From Orbicella franksi (Eukaryota), in the NCBI GenBank assembly GCA_964199315.1, contig OZ116699.1:19530001-19594000 (forward strand): a DNA stretch of 64,000 bases, written 5' to 3'. The translations under genes and the position numbers were made by a program. This document shows positions 13,722-35,700 of this stretch, in pieces; position 1 is the first letter of the stretch; each line of letters begins with the position of its first letter. The notes under the pieces are model-generated. The model had not been told where the DNA came from and did not search any database. It saw only the letters and a list, made by a program, of their open reading frames with translations.

Positions 13722-15986
13722 CTTCGAAACTATATATGAACAAAGAAATAAAAGGAGTTTTAGAACGATACGAAAGTTGCTAACGATCATCCGCCATATT
13801 GCCACGATGTGACCGCGTAAAGGATGTCAGCTGGAGAGAACTGGGCACCAACATTAAGAGTTGTTGCGATGACTCGCGCGTTTTACACGCGCGCACTCTC
13901 GCGGGAACTATTTCAGGCTCATTTGTGATGGACTCTCAAAGAAAATCATTTTTCCAAACGTCAAGAAACACAGTCTTATTAATGGCCCGATTTATACTGG
14001 AGACGAAGTTTACGTAGACTTACAAGTCTGGCAATCATCGTACCTAATATAATACCCCCCGACCACGCGAGACACAAAACGGTTACGCTTTGATTAGAAG
14101 TAGCCCTTATCACGATTTGGTTGAAAGCCGTCTCCACAAACTTTCACGCGGTTTAAAAGTACGCGCCACCGCGCGCAAAAGAGACAAATGTATGGAAAAT
14201 TAAAAACGCGACTGGGTTCTTTCTAGCACAGCTACATCCCTCAAATTTGGTGCAATGCTTTGTTTAGTATCTTGCCGGACTTTCCTATTCATAAATAAAA
14301 TTGTTCAGAGTTCGAAGAAAATTATTTTCTATCGGATTCCTAGCCTGTGTACATCCATTCCTTCAAAAAAAATAGGGGAGAGGAACTTTTGTGTCTCTCT
14401 GCCCGATTTCTTTTGAGGGCAGAGGGCGGATGTACACAGGCTATCGGATTCCCATACAAACACTGTAATATCTGACGCGTGTTGCCTACCTGTCAGGATG
14501 ACTTCCAAAACCGTGATAAGATATAGTCTGTTCGTTGGAATTCCATTTAAATACAAGATGGTATAGCAATCCCTATGGTAACCCGATTTAGACCGAGTAT
14601 TTTGAAAACCACAATACTCCAAAGAAATTTATATGCCACTTTTATTATCTACTCCCCCATACATTTACACAGATCATTCAGCTAATTCTTGAACAAATAC
14701 TTTATAGGCATTAGGACCCGACCCAGGCTATTTTTTTATAAATAAAAAAAACCAACAGGATTAATTGGATCAATTTTTAAAATTTATAGCAAGTCAAGAG
14801 TGAAGTGTCATTACTCAAGTTTTCTATGCAGGGGGGGGAGGGGGGGTACAGAAAAGGTGTCCACCATAAAACAAGGTACTCTTTGATGGCGCTTCCATCT
14901 GAGTGGTTATCCCTTTTACCCTCAGGAGGGGTGTCCCCTCTAAGAGGGGTATCCAAATTAAGGCATAATTAAGTAACTGAGTGAAATGCAGGCTCCATTG
15001 GAGGGAGTTACCATATATTACTAGTTCAAGATCAGAAGCTGAGGATAGTTGCAAGAAGAATTTTGCTCTCTTTCAATCTTTACATTTCACATCTCTTCAA
15101 AGTCTGCAAGTAATTTTAGTTACTCCCGTCGTTGGCTGCAGAGGCTTTACCAGCACAGTTTTCGGTTCCAGTCAATTAGTGATGTGATGGAAATATTCCC
15201 TGTCTACCTAGACAGGTCCAAACCACACTTATTAGCTAAGATGTTAGAACTTGATTTTGTCCTAGAAAAGTTGTAAAGTGCTACATGCTATTATTTCCAT
15301 GAGTACTTGCTCATTCCCTTCAAATATCATGTAACCCATTCAACGCAAATAATTAAAAGTATTGCTGACTCGGGCTGGACAATAATATTTCAGAAAGCAT
15401 TGTAACTTTACAATGTAACCACAGCATCTGAACGATTTCCATCTCTCTTATATATGCAACAAGCCTCAATCTTGTACAAAATGCCAAACATTCTACTAAA
15501 AATTCCATATCCCTTCTAATCCAAAGTTTATGTAACACCAGCAATATTTTAGAAAGCTCAATGACACAAAATAAGACCCTCACATATATATCCACTCTAT
15601 GTATTTCTCCAATGAGTGAGTCTCCATATCAACAGCTAAGACCCAATATCAACATTAAAATTCTCCTTACTGTCTCTAGTATGTTCTCTGTAGTTTAAAT
15701 TGGAAGAGCTTAACTTTTAAAAGCCAAAGTCCTGAGATTGACCAACCTGCCCATCTCAGGACCTGTTTGACTGAATATGTTAAAAAAGTAAAGAGGATTT
15801 ACAGTTCTTTTCAATGCTGCATGGGGATAGCAAGGTCAATTTGTTAACGCCAACAATTGGCTTGACGGTCATAATGATATTTCAAGTCTTACTACGACAT
15901 GAGAGCCCATATGTACAATAACAAGATGTTTGACTTTATCTAGCTGATCTATATAATTTAAACAATTGAGAACAGTCTATGATAAG

Positions 15987-25592
<9,606 letters not shown>

Positions 25593-25791
25593 AGTTTTTG
25601 ATCGAAGGATTATTTACACCATTAGACTGGACAAAATCATGAACTTGTGTTCAAAATGGAAAATGGCGGACAGGCCTTTTCTCCACGTGATCAATTCTAA
25701 CCAATCACAAGGAAAAATTGAGCCCAAGAAAACAACCCACATTTGACCAGCGCTCACCCAAATGAATATTGCGCAAGAAAATATGTCAAAG
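25593..25791. promoter_or_regulatory. Compact bidirectional promoter ACTR1/PLPP4-5
   Basis: Divergent start codons ~200 bp apart; contains CCACGTGA (E-box), CCAAT and YY1-like AAAATGGCGG/AAGATGGCGGC motifs. TSS not determined. Confidence 0.6.
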
Positions 25792-28700
25792 ATGGCGGCC
25801 AAATTAAGACAAGGATCTTGTCATTTATTGGCCGAAATTGGAGCAAGAATGATTCTTTTCTCCATATTTATGTAAGTATTTATTTTCCTGTTAGATTTCG
25901 TTTCATGTATAGTATAATTTTCCACGAAACATGGTTTTCTCTAACTGGATATGTTGAATTACATGTAAGTCTGGGTGAAACTTGATATTGGCGACGTGTA
26001 AGAAAGTTGTTCAAAGGCACGGTTGTTTGAAAGGTTTGTTCTTTAGGTTTGGCCATCTTTTTGGTCATCGTTTTGTCTGCACGGTCATCTACAGACGTTT
26101 TGGTAATCCCAGGATAAAAATGTCTTTTATGAAAATCATGCCGCATAAATATATTACTTGAGGTTATTATTGTATAAACTACTCACTCACAGTCAGTTTA
26201 AGCTTATTGATCGATTCTGAATTCTATTTCACCAAAACTAACTTTGATTATGTTCACCTGACTATGATGCAAAGTACCAGTATATATAAATCATGCCAGC
26301 TTGTGTTCTATAAGTTCTGCTTTTTTCCATACTTACACTGCTTTGTCAATGACCTTTCCTTTATGTAAGCTTACATCACGTGTGTGCTTTGTCAGGTTAT
26401 AAGATTTTCATTTTTAATTTATTTTGTTTTATTGCATTTGCGTTAAAAAAGATAAGATTATGCATGGTGCGCACGTCATGAGTTTCAGCACAAGTAATAT
26501 TTCAAGAAAATAGTCAACTTGCTCCTGGTTCATTTTTGAGGTATAGAAGCACTTGTGAATTTTTAGGATCACTCAAGAATTGTAAGAAGAACCTAGCTGC
26601 ACCAGCTGTTGTGTCTTCTTTATGATCAGTACATCTATATAACTCTACAATGTACTTGAGCACATTTTAATGTGCTCAATTATCTATATCTGTATCAAGT
26701 ATCTATATACATAGAAATCATTGTGATCAGATATCACATTTTAAAGTGCTCAATTTATGCCAAACACAGTTCAAGGTGTACACAGTGCTGCAAATAACAG
26801 TTGGTCATTGGACATTGCCCAACCAAATTTGCGAAGTTGTCTAACTAATTTGACATTGTGATCAGATATCAGGTCTAAGCGCTTGACTATACTCTCAAAT
26901 TAAAATGCCTCTGTTGTTGGATTCAAAGTAAAATAAAATTTAATATTATTATATTCTAAAAAATAACTATCCCTGTAGGTATGGGTGAAGATGGGGTATA
27001 GATGAAGATGGGAATATGTGTTTGAACCCTGTCCTGCCACCTTCTCTGGAAATTCCAGTATCAGTGACCTTCCTTGGGGTGGGTATGATCTTTCCTAGAG
27101 CTGTACTGCCTGTTTAAGATTGTGTATATTTTTCTGTTCCTTCTTCAGGGCTTTGGAATATACTCCAGCATTTATACGTGTCATTCATGATGAAGAGATG
27201 TGGTTATACAAGAATCCCAAATCCCAGGACACAATCTCAACAGAATTGTTATTTGTAAGTGTCATCTGGACTAGAATCAAAGATACATGGTTGGCTGCCT
27301 TATTAGAGACTTGCTTTTTACCTACATTATTTTCTACCCTTTTTCCACTCATTCTACACTAGAAGAGGCAATATACATAGTCTGGGTTACTTTTTCACAA
27401 ATTACGTCGATACATTTTTTTTGTCACACTTATTTATTATTCTGAAGTGTTCCATTGGCTGAGAGTTCACTGTTGGAAGAGCAATCAGTTTCCATTATGT
27501 AAGATGCAGGTGTATTGAAATAACAGTGTCATAGAGTTTCTAAGTTTAATTAAAAAGGTTAAGGAGTTAGGTTAACCCTTTTAGGCACAATTTCTGAAGG
27601 TACAACTATTTCTCCTCAGGAAATGTTTCTTGGCACTTGAAGACACTGAGATGATGTTTGTTCTCCAAAGATGGAAACCATAACACCATTATGTTTAAAT
27701 GTCTTAGAGGTTAATTAAGTAAATAAATAGAATCCAGCTTATAACTTCTGTCATCTTCTATTTTGTTTGCAGGTAATTGCGGCAGTTATTCCTGTTACTA
27801 TAATAATTATTCTGGCAGTATTGAGAAAAGACAAGACTGATGGCATACAAGCCCTGTTTGGTAAATTTAAATAATACATTGTTGTGTACATAATTTACAG
27901 TTACTTTACCTCCCGTAATCAGAATCTTTTGACTTTGGTTTATTATTTTACAGCTTTGACATTAATTCTTGGATTAAATGGAGTTGTGACAAACATAGTA
28001 AAAGTTCTTGTTGGCAGGTGAGAAGTGTGGTTTTCCGTCGGCTGAGGAACGAAAGAAGCAGAAAACGTTTTTCTTGCACACGGCTGGGAGTCTGGGTACA
28101 GGTGTGCGGGGGGTTTCAGGTCATGTGGCTTGTGCAAGGTTTCAGTTTTTGTTTTACCATCCGCCATTGCCTGACATGCCCCACCCACCCACCCATGAAG
28201 TACTTGTAGAATGTGTTAAGTTGAGGTGAAATTATTCTCTAGCCACTTTTTGTGTCATTGTAAGACAATTATGTTCTTATGTTAATAAAGGTCAGGCTGT
28301 GTGGTTCAGCTTGGCATGGCTCCCAGTGGTGTGTGAGAAAAACAAAATATTGCACTGCTGCAACACTAAGTATCTGTGTAATGAATATGTACTGCTCATG
28401 TTTTTTCAGAGTTTTGTTTTTTTGACAAATGATGGAAATGATGAATAGTGCCTTATATTAATTTTGGTTAAATAGGCTCTTTGCATCCTGTCCATGTCAG
28501 GTTCAAAAAAAGCAGTATTTTATACTCAAAATTGTGGAATATGGCTTGAGTTGATGACAAATTTCATCCTGGTTAATTCTGCAGGCCTCGTCCAGATTAC
28601 TTCTGGCGCTGTTATCCCAATGGAGTTATTCCTGCAAGTGTACAGTGTGATGGTGACCCTGATGAAATAATAGAGGGTAGAAAGAGCTTTCCCAGTGGTC

Positions 28701-30692
28701 ATGCTTCATGTAAGTCAATCAAAGAGGTTTATTGTTTACCTACTGAAATGAACAACAGAGAGGTAATCATAATGGAGAATTCATGTTTGTGTGGAATTTC
28801 CACTTAAAATTATAGTTAATCAAGTTATAACTTACCCTTCAGTAGAGCAATGTTCTGCCACTTATCAAGGCCAAACGGTATTTTAACACCTTAGATGAAG
28901 ATATCATTTGCTCCATCTCTGGATGTTCATTTTAAATCTAAACTTAAATCTTGTATTCTTATAACTAATTAGACCATCATACCATCCATATAAGTGTAGA
29001 GTTTTATACTTCAGTAGGCAGCAATGAATCAATCCATTAACAAATTAATCAATGGATATAGAGTACTTGAGTAAAGAAGATAAAGCCTGATTTTTTGTTC
29101 ATTTTGTTACATGCAGTTTCCTTCAGTGGCCTGGGTTTTTTGTCACTTTATCTTGCGGGAAAGTTACACTGCTTCCAAGCACAGGGAAGAGGACAAGGAT
29201 GGAAACTGTGTGTTGCTTTGACACCTCTTATAACTGCTTCAGCAATAACACTCACAAGATACTCAGATTATCGTCATCACTGGCAAGGTACTGTAAACTA
29301 GAATCAATAAATGTTCTCTTTAAGTTTTGTTTGTTGGTTGTTGTTGCGCCCAGTGACAAGCCTTGTAAACTTACTTCTTTCTTGGATGCCCCCCCCCCCC
29401 CCCCAAGAAAAAAAAAAAAGAGGCAGAGACAATAAAGATTTCACTTGAAAAAAGTTGATAATGATAATGCATTTCAACAACAATCATCTGTCATTCTCTG
29501 AATGGTTCAGGCCTTGATTTTGAATTTTCTTGTAAGGTGCTCTGTACAGCTAAGCCAATGGTATGAAGTTTTTGGGAGTTGAGACTGACAGCAAGATAAG
29601 AGAAGTCTGTTTTCTGAGGCTAACCAGTAATAAGCTAAGTACATGTACCCTCACAGGAGAGGTTTCCACCAACAGTAGATATGATGACATTAAGGGTAGT
29701 GTGACTGTAATGTTAATAGACGGATTCACGCTCTTGGTTGCATCATGGGTAATCAGGGCAAGATTGTAAAGAAACAAAGTGGCAAAAGATACGTTTTTCC
29801 TCATATTTCCGCTCCGAGCTTCATTTTCATGAAGAAACTTTTACTGTAAATAGAGAAACCCCTTTTCTACGTTTACTATCGTTTTTGTGTCGACTGAGCT
29901 AGGCATTAGCCTACTTATCAGAGTAACGGAGATGTTATTTTTGGGGCTTGAGTGGCTAAGACTTGATCAAATTCTTTGGTTTTAACCGTAAAAATATTCC
30001 TACGTCCACAACAATCACTTCATCGGCTCAAAAACACTGGTAAACCTAGAAAAGGGGTTTCTCCATCTACCGTATTTGTTTTGTCCCCAAATATGAAAAC
30101 AGAACGGAAATATAAAGAAAAACTTTGCTTCTTTGTAAATTTGCCCTGGTTACCCATGATGCAACTAAGAGCGTGAACCCGTCTATTTCAGATACTCATT
30201 TTTCCAGTTTTAGCTCATATTTGTTTTGCTTTATAATCTGATTTCCTTTTATATTGTTCCTTTTCTAGACATAACGGTTGGCTCAATACAAGGTGAGTTG
30301 CATGTAACTTTACAGTGGCCCAGGGAAATGAATTAGTGGAAAATATTTTTCTCTCACACCACTAGGGCCTGGGAATAGGTCCTCTGACCTTAGACAGGCA
30401 GCTTGGCGTGACTACTAGTGGTGTGTGAGAATAACGATTCTGTCTGTTGAAAATCAAATTAAATTATGAATCATTCTTGATGACAAAAATGTTGCTTTGT
30501 TTGTTTATTGCAGGCCTGTTTTTTGCCTATCTTTGTTACAGACAGTACTATCCGGCACTCAACAGACCACACTGTCATATGCCATACTGCACAGTCACAC
30601 CAACCAAATTTATTGATGAACACGATCACATGTTACCAATGACCGCCAAGGAAATCAAGTCAATACACCCGGTGGTAGCGAAATCACTTTGA
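25792..30692 (+). CDS. PLPP4/5: Phospholipid phosphatase, PLPP4/PLPP5 (PPAPDC1) type, PAP2 family
   Basis: Exons 25792-25871, 27149-27254, 27773-27860, 27954-28017, 28585-28709, 29117-29287, 30269-30292, 30514-30692 = 837 nt, 278 aa. PAP2 motifs [19 protein letters not shown] and [12 protein letters not shown] are present. In-frame upstream ATGs exist at 25762 and 25783. Confidence 0.93.
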
Positions 30693-32771
30693 CGACAACT
30701 GATCTGTCAGAAAAAGGTCTTATACATACAAGAAAATTAGACTACCTTACTGTTATTTTTTCAAAAACAGGACCGGTAAGATGTGTAGAGACGGAGTAAG
30801 GGACCAGTTTGGTCACGTTATTTACGATTCTTCGATTCTTCGTGCCTCTCTCCGAGAGCGCACGAGTTGCGTGAAAGCAAGGATGCAAGACGGAGCACGA
30901 AAAAGTGAAAGAGGAAAGTCCGGGAAAAAGAGGAAAACGCCGAAAAGCAATGTTACAGTTTTCTTTCCTTGCTCGCTCTCTTTTGTCTCTATTTCTGTCT
31001 TGTTTTTGGTTTTTACTGTCTCATTCCCAAACGTTCTCGCGCTTTCAGATGAGAAGCGGCCATCCCTCAGTCTCTTCCTTTTTTTGTGGCAGATCCAAGA
31101 AGGCCACAATCATCTCGGGAAAACGGTCTTGATACTGATAAAACCAAATTCTTCCTTGTGGTGCATCAAAGACTGCGAAGGACCATTTTGAATTTGATCG
31201 AATTCTGTAAAAATATTTGTTAGGCAGAAAGTACTGCGATTTGTTTTCTACTGCCGACAAACGTACCAAGAATTTGTCACCAGAATCAATTGTTAAGATG
31301 CCTTAAAGAAAATTAAAACTAATATATTTATTTAATAATGTATTTTAAATACGTCTCAATGATAATATATACCTGGTATTGTATTACCCCGTTAACAATA
31401 AACAGATTTTGTCGCAGAAGCAGTTTTTTTCGTCAGTTTATACTCTCTATGCCCCCAACCTCCCGTCTTCGCTTCGAAAAAATAGTGGGCCTCAAAGGGT
31501 CAGCGTTAATTTGGAATAGCTCGTGGATCGTACCGAAAACAAAAAGATGTATTGGACACAGGGACGTAGCCAAGAGCCGCTGGTAGAGAGCTTATCACTG
31601 GCCGAGATTTATTTTGAAGATGCACAGGCCAGAAAAGCCAGCTGAGCTTGAAAATGAGCTTCATTCCTGGCACAATACTTTTATTACAATTACGCATTTG
31701 AATGATATTAGAAAACATATTTGATCGCAAGATCAGGAAACCACAGTGTACGCTCAGTTGTTGTACAAACTCACCAGTGAGACGCAGACTTTCTCGTGTC
31801 ATGGTACGGCGGTATTAATAAGGCGCATGGAGTGTACGGGCTGTGTGTTGACTACGAGCTGAGGCCCTATTTTCGCTTACATTTTTTGTCCCGAGTACTA
31901 TGAAGAAATAATAAGGTGAGCGGAATGAGTCGAGCGCGACTAGGGCCGGGGGACTACTGCATTGCACATGACTGCCATCTGCCATTTTCTTTCCGCCCAA
32001 TAGCGTAATAAGTTCACAGACTAAGAATAAAAATGGTCAGAAAAGTTACGCGACAATGTTTTAACGTTAACAAGTACTCCAATACCTCGGTATACCAAAT
32101 AATTGATTTACTACAGACTGAAGTTACTTCTTAAGGATTACTTTTAAATTGATATAATTTAACATATATTTAAGCTCTAAGTTCTTGCATTCAGTTTTTT
32201 TATGTTGAAATAAATATCAAAAAGTGTTTGGAGACGTCATCATAATCTAAACCCTTAACAAAACCGATGTCATGAACCAAATTAGTTTATATAACTTGAT
32301 GAAAACCCAACTAACAAAAAGATACGGTGACGATATTCAACTCTCGTTTGGTCTAACTGCATGTTTGAATTCGTCTTTTCTGCACGACTTAGAGGCTAAC
32401 TGTAACTACGTTCCCTCCGAGAAATACGGAATCTGACGACCGAGGCTGTCTTACAGAAAGATTATAAATGGACCCAGAACGGCCCTAACTTAGCAGTTTG
32501 TAAATTCGTTAGTTTGTAAATTTGTTAGTTAATCTCTGAATGATCAACACCGACTGCAACGATTAGTAAAATAATTACCGGATCTAAATTCGATCAGTTA
32601 CGAGAAGCGTCTTAACAGAGGTTTACTGCGACTGGAAAAAATGGTGAACAACATTAGGAAACAAAATGTCCTGTATGACCCCTACATGGGGTTACTAAAG
32701 AATATGAACTAGAAGGCTCCATTCTAATTTATGAAAAGCCAAAAGCCTTCCGATTTACTACATCTTTTTAT

Positions 32772-35700
32772 TCACTCGTCACTCTGGATAGACTGGATAC
32801 ACTCTTCATATCCCTGCCAGGTGGGACTGTTCCAGCGAACAGGACTTTGGAGATTGACACCAGTCGGAAATCTTGCGGTGGGTATCACGGACAATAGCCT
32901 AACGTTGGGTAGCCAAGGCAACTGATAGGGAGGACTGGTGGCCACGAAAGGCGCGAACTGTGCCAGTGGGCCACCAATCACAGAGCTTGCACCTGGATAG
33001 TTGAAAAAGTTGTTCCACAACACTTGAGGCGATAGGTTAGTGTCAACGCTGCAATCAGAAATAAACGTGTCGGAATGTTACTGCTAAAATCATGTAGCTT
33101 GTTGGCAAATAACGTGTGACACGAAATTTTTGCGGGTTCTAATTTTTGCCATGTTTACGGTTTTTTTCCACGACCTGAACAAAATGTTCCCGCAACCGTT
33201 TTCTCCGCTGGCAAAATTATGCATACAAAAATCACATGTAGAATCTTTTTCGTGACATTTAGTTAAAACTTTTCTTTCTACAGAGGCAACACAATGAAAT
33301 TAGAATCAAAACGTTTAGAAATAAAACGATAAAATTGCCCTCGGTAAACTACAGGTGTGATAATGCATCAACTGGTACTATAGTTATTGCTGATCCATTA
33401 CAGGAGCAACCAGTCACTAGGACAAGATGTAATTGTAATACTGAGTGATACCCGTTTACCGTGTTTTACATCTTTACATGTTCTTTCACTTATGATATCG
33501 ACTGCATGTAGTCAGATAAAAAAATAAAGTTTCCATTCCAATTAAACGCGACTTCCTGAAAATCGTCAAGATTAATGCCCAGCAAGAAAAGCCAGCCTTA
33601 AACAAGCGTAAAAATAAGTCCCCGAGAAATAAAAAAAAAATCACCCATCCGCAAAATTCCCGCGAAAACATAGTGCAACGGGGTAGTTTAAGGCGTTTCC
33701 TCTGAAGAGGCGGATAACATTATGTCTACCAATCAGATACGCTAAATTCACGCAAGGACGCGCGCCATTGAAGAATCTTAGGGCGATCCTCTTGTCGCAA
33801 AGTGGCCGACAATTGGAAATTTAAGTGAAAAACGAAGACTGTTTCTTTTGAGCATAGAACAAAGAAATAATCTTTCCCTTTTTTAACGTGCTTTATCGCT
33901 TTCTTTGGATTGTCTGGTTTTGTTTGTTCGACTTCCATTATTTTAAAATTTGTTCCAACTTTTATCTCCTCACTCGTAACCGATTTGTGAACTGTGACTT
34001 TTGATAACGTAAAACGTTAACAGTACCACACTTCTTTAATACCTTAGAGGTTGTTCCAGCTGGGTTCCACTCAAAGATAAAACTAAACTCTCCTCTAATT
34101 GGTTCACTGAGGACGTAGCGTCTTCCGTCGGTTTCCATCGTCGTCGGTTTTGCCGGAGAGTCTTCGGGCATTCACCTGGCGTGTCGTTCCGGAGACGTCT
34201 TCGGGCATTGGCAAACCAATTCTTAAGCTACAGCAACAATAAAAAAGGTTGTAGATTTTCGAATTATATTGCCATCAACTGGCACTCTGAAAGTGGTGGC
34301 GATCGCCTACCAGAGTTGCTCGTTTAAATTAGCTGATCACATACACAACAGGGTCTGATTGTAGTGTTTTCACTGGGAAAATTCTAGCATGGTGTGCAGT
34401 GATAGCTTACGGGAGGTGATCGGACTACACATACCCAGGAGCTGACACACCGTAACTGAGAAAAGACTGCTGGAACTTCTCGACTCGTTGGAAATAAAAA
34501 CTCTGTGTTTGTTCCGTGTCACTAAAGGCGGGAAAATCCACGTAACACCCGAAAAAAACAAATGAAAGGTCTTGCTATGAGGATACTGGTATCAGCAAGA
34601 TGGAAACAAAAATAGTAGGGGACGTCACCACGACGGTCCATCATACCCTTGGGGCGAGCTCGGTATACTCAATTTGCATTGGTAATTAATACCCTGGGGA
34701 TTAAGCAAATGACAGTATAAAGGAATTTACTCGTGTTCCACTACATCACTCTACTCGAGGCCGCAAAATTGAAGCAGTTGGTGACCTACCCTCCCACCCA
34801 ACGAGAAGTCGGGCTTGATCTAGCTGTCCACTTCTATTTTCGCCTGGTCTTGGGCTTGTCCCAGACCAGATCAATTCCCCATAACTTATTACCATGTCAT
34901 GAATAATAATACCCAGAGTAGAATATTACACTATTCTTTCCCACTTAACTTTTCTGAAAGAGAAGATTACCTGACCCAAAGTAAGTCCGTGTTGCTCTGC
35001 CAACATCAATCTCTCTGTTGCATTTGGGTATGGATTGTCAATGTGCTCCTTAAACCACGCCTGTAATGCATTGCAGGTTTCCTTGGGGATTCCTCTCTTT
35101 TTGCGAATACCGGAAGGGCAAATGCTTCGCGGTGGCATAAATCTACAAAGAATTAACCCGTCACACTTGTTCAAGGAAATTTGCTTAGTGACGGAAATTT
35201 CCAGATCTAGCATAACCTAAGGTACGGGTCGTGAAAGAGATAAGTCTTTGAATCGACCCAGTCTCGTTGAAGGGTACCCGCGCGCCGCGCGCGGGGAGAG
35301 ATACCAGCATGACTTGTTCCCATATCTCTCGCGAAATACTAAAGAGACTAGGGACGAGTCCGGGCTGCGAACGCTGACAGAAAGATCTGAAGAGCGTTTT
35401 CCATCTCTGTTCTATAAACGCCCCTAAAAAAAAGAGTTTGCTGCTTGTATCATTGGTCAAGAAAGTATAACAATCAGAGTATTAGTATGTGTGTTTATAT
35501 AAGTTTTGGCCGATCGGAATTTGCGTTGTTGTATAAAATGTAAATGTGGGAGGAAAAGGCGTAAAATTCTTTCTAATGTAAACATTTTTTCAGTTGTTTG
35601 TTTACCGTTTTTGACACTTTATCATTGTCATCTTGGTCTGTGACCTGACCTTATGCCGTCTCTGCGTGTCGCGGACGAGACTTTTTTCGTTGTCCATACC

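Noticed and set aside
30822-31109. ORF with a KKTVTLLFGVFLFFPDFP stretch resembling GPCR TM6
   Set aside because: Single hydrophobic segment arising from purine/pyrimidine-biased sequence; no other TM helices or GPCR motifs.
33726-34171. Alternative ORFs MPEDSPAK... and MEVEQTKP... near homeobox exon 4 as a separate nested gene
   Set aside because: No in-phase downstream exon or recognisable domain; the first is an alternative frame of the homeobox exon.
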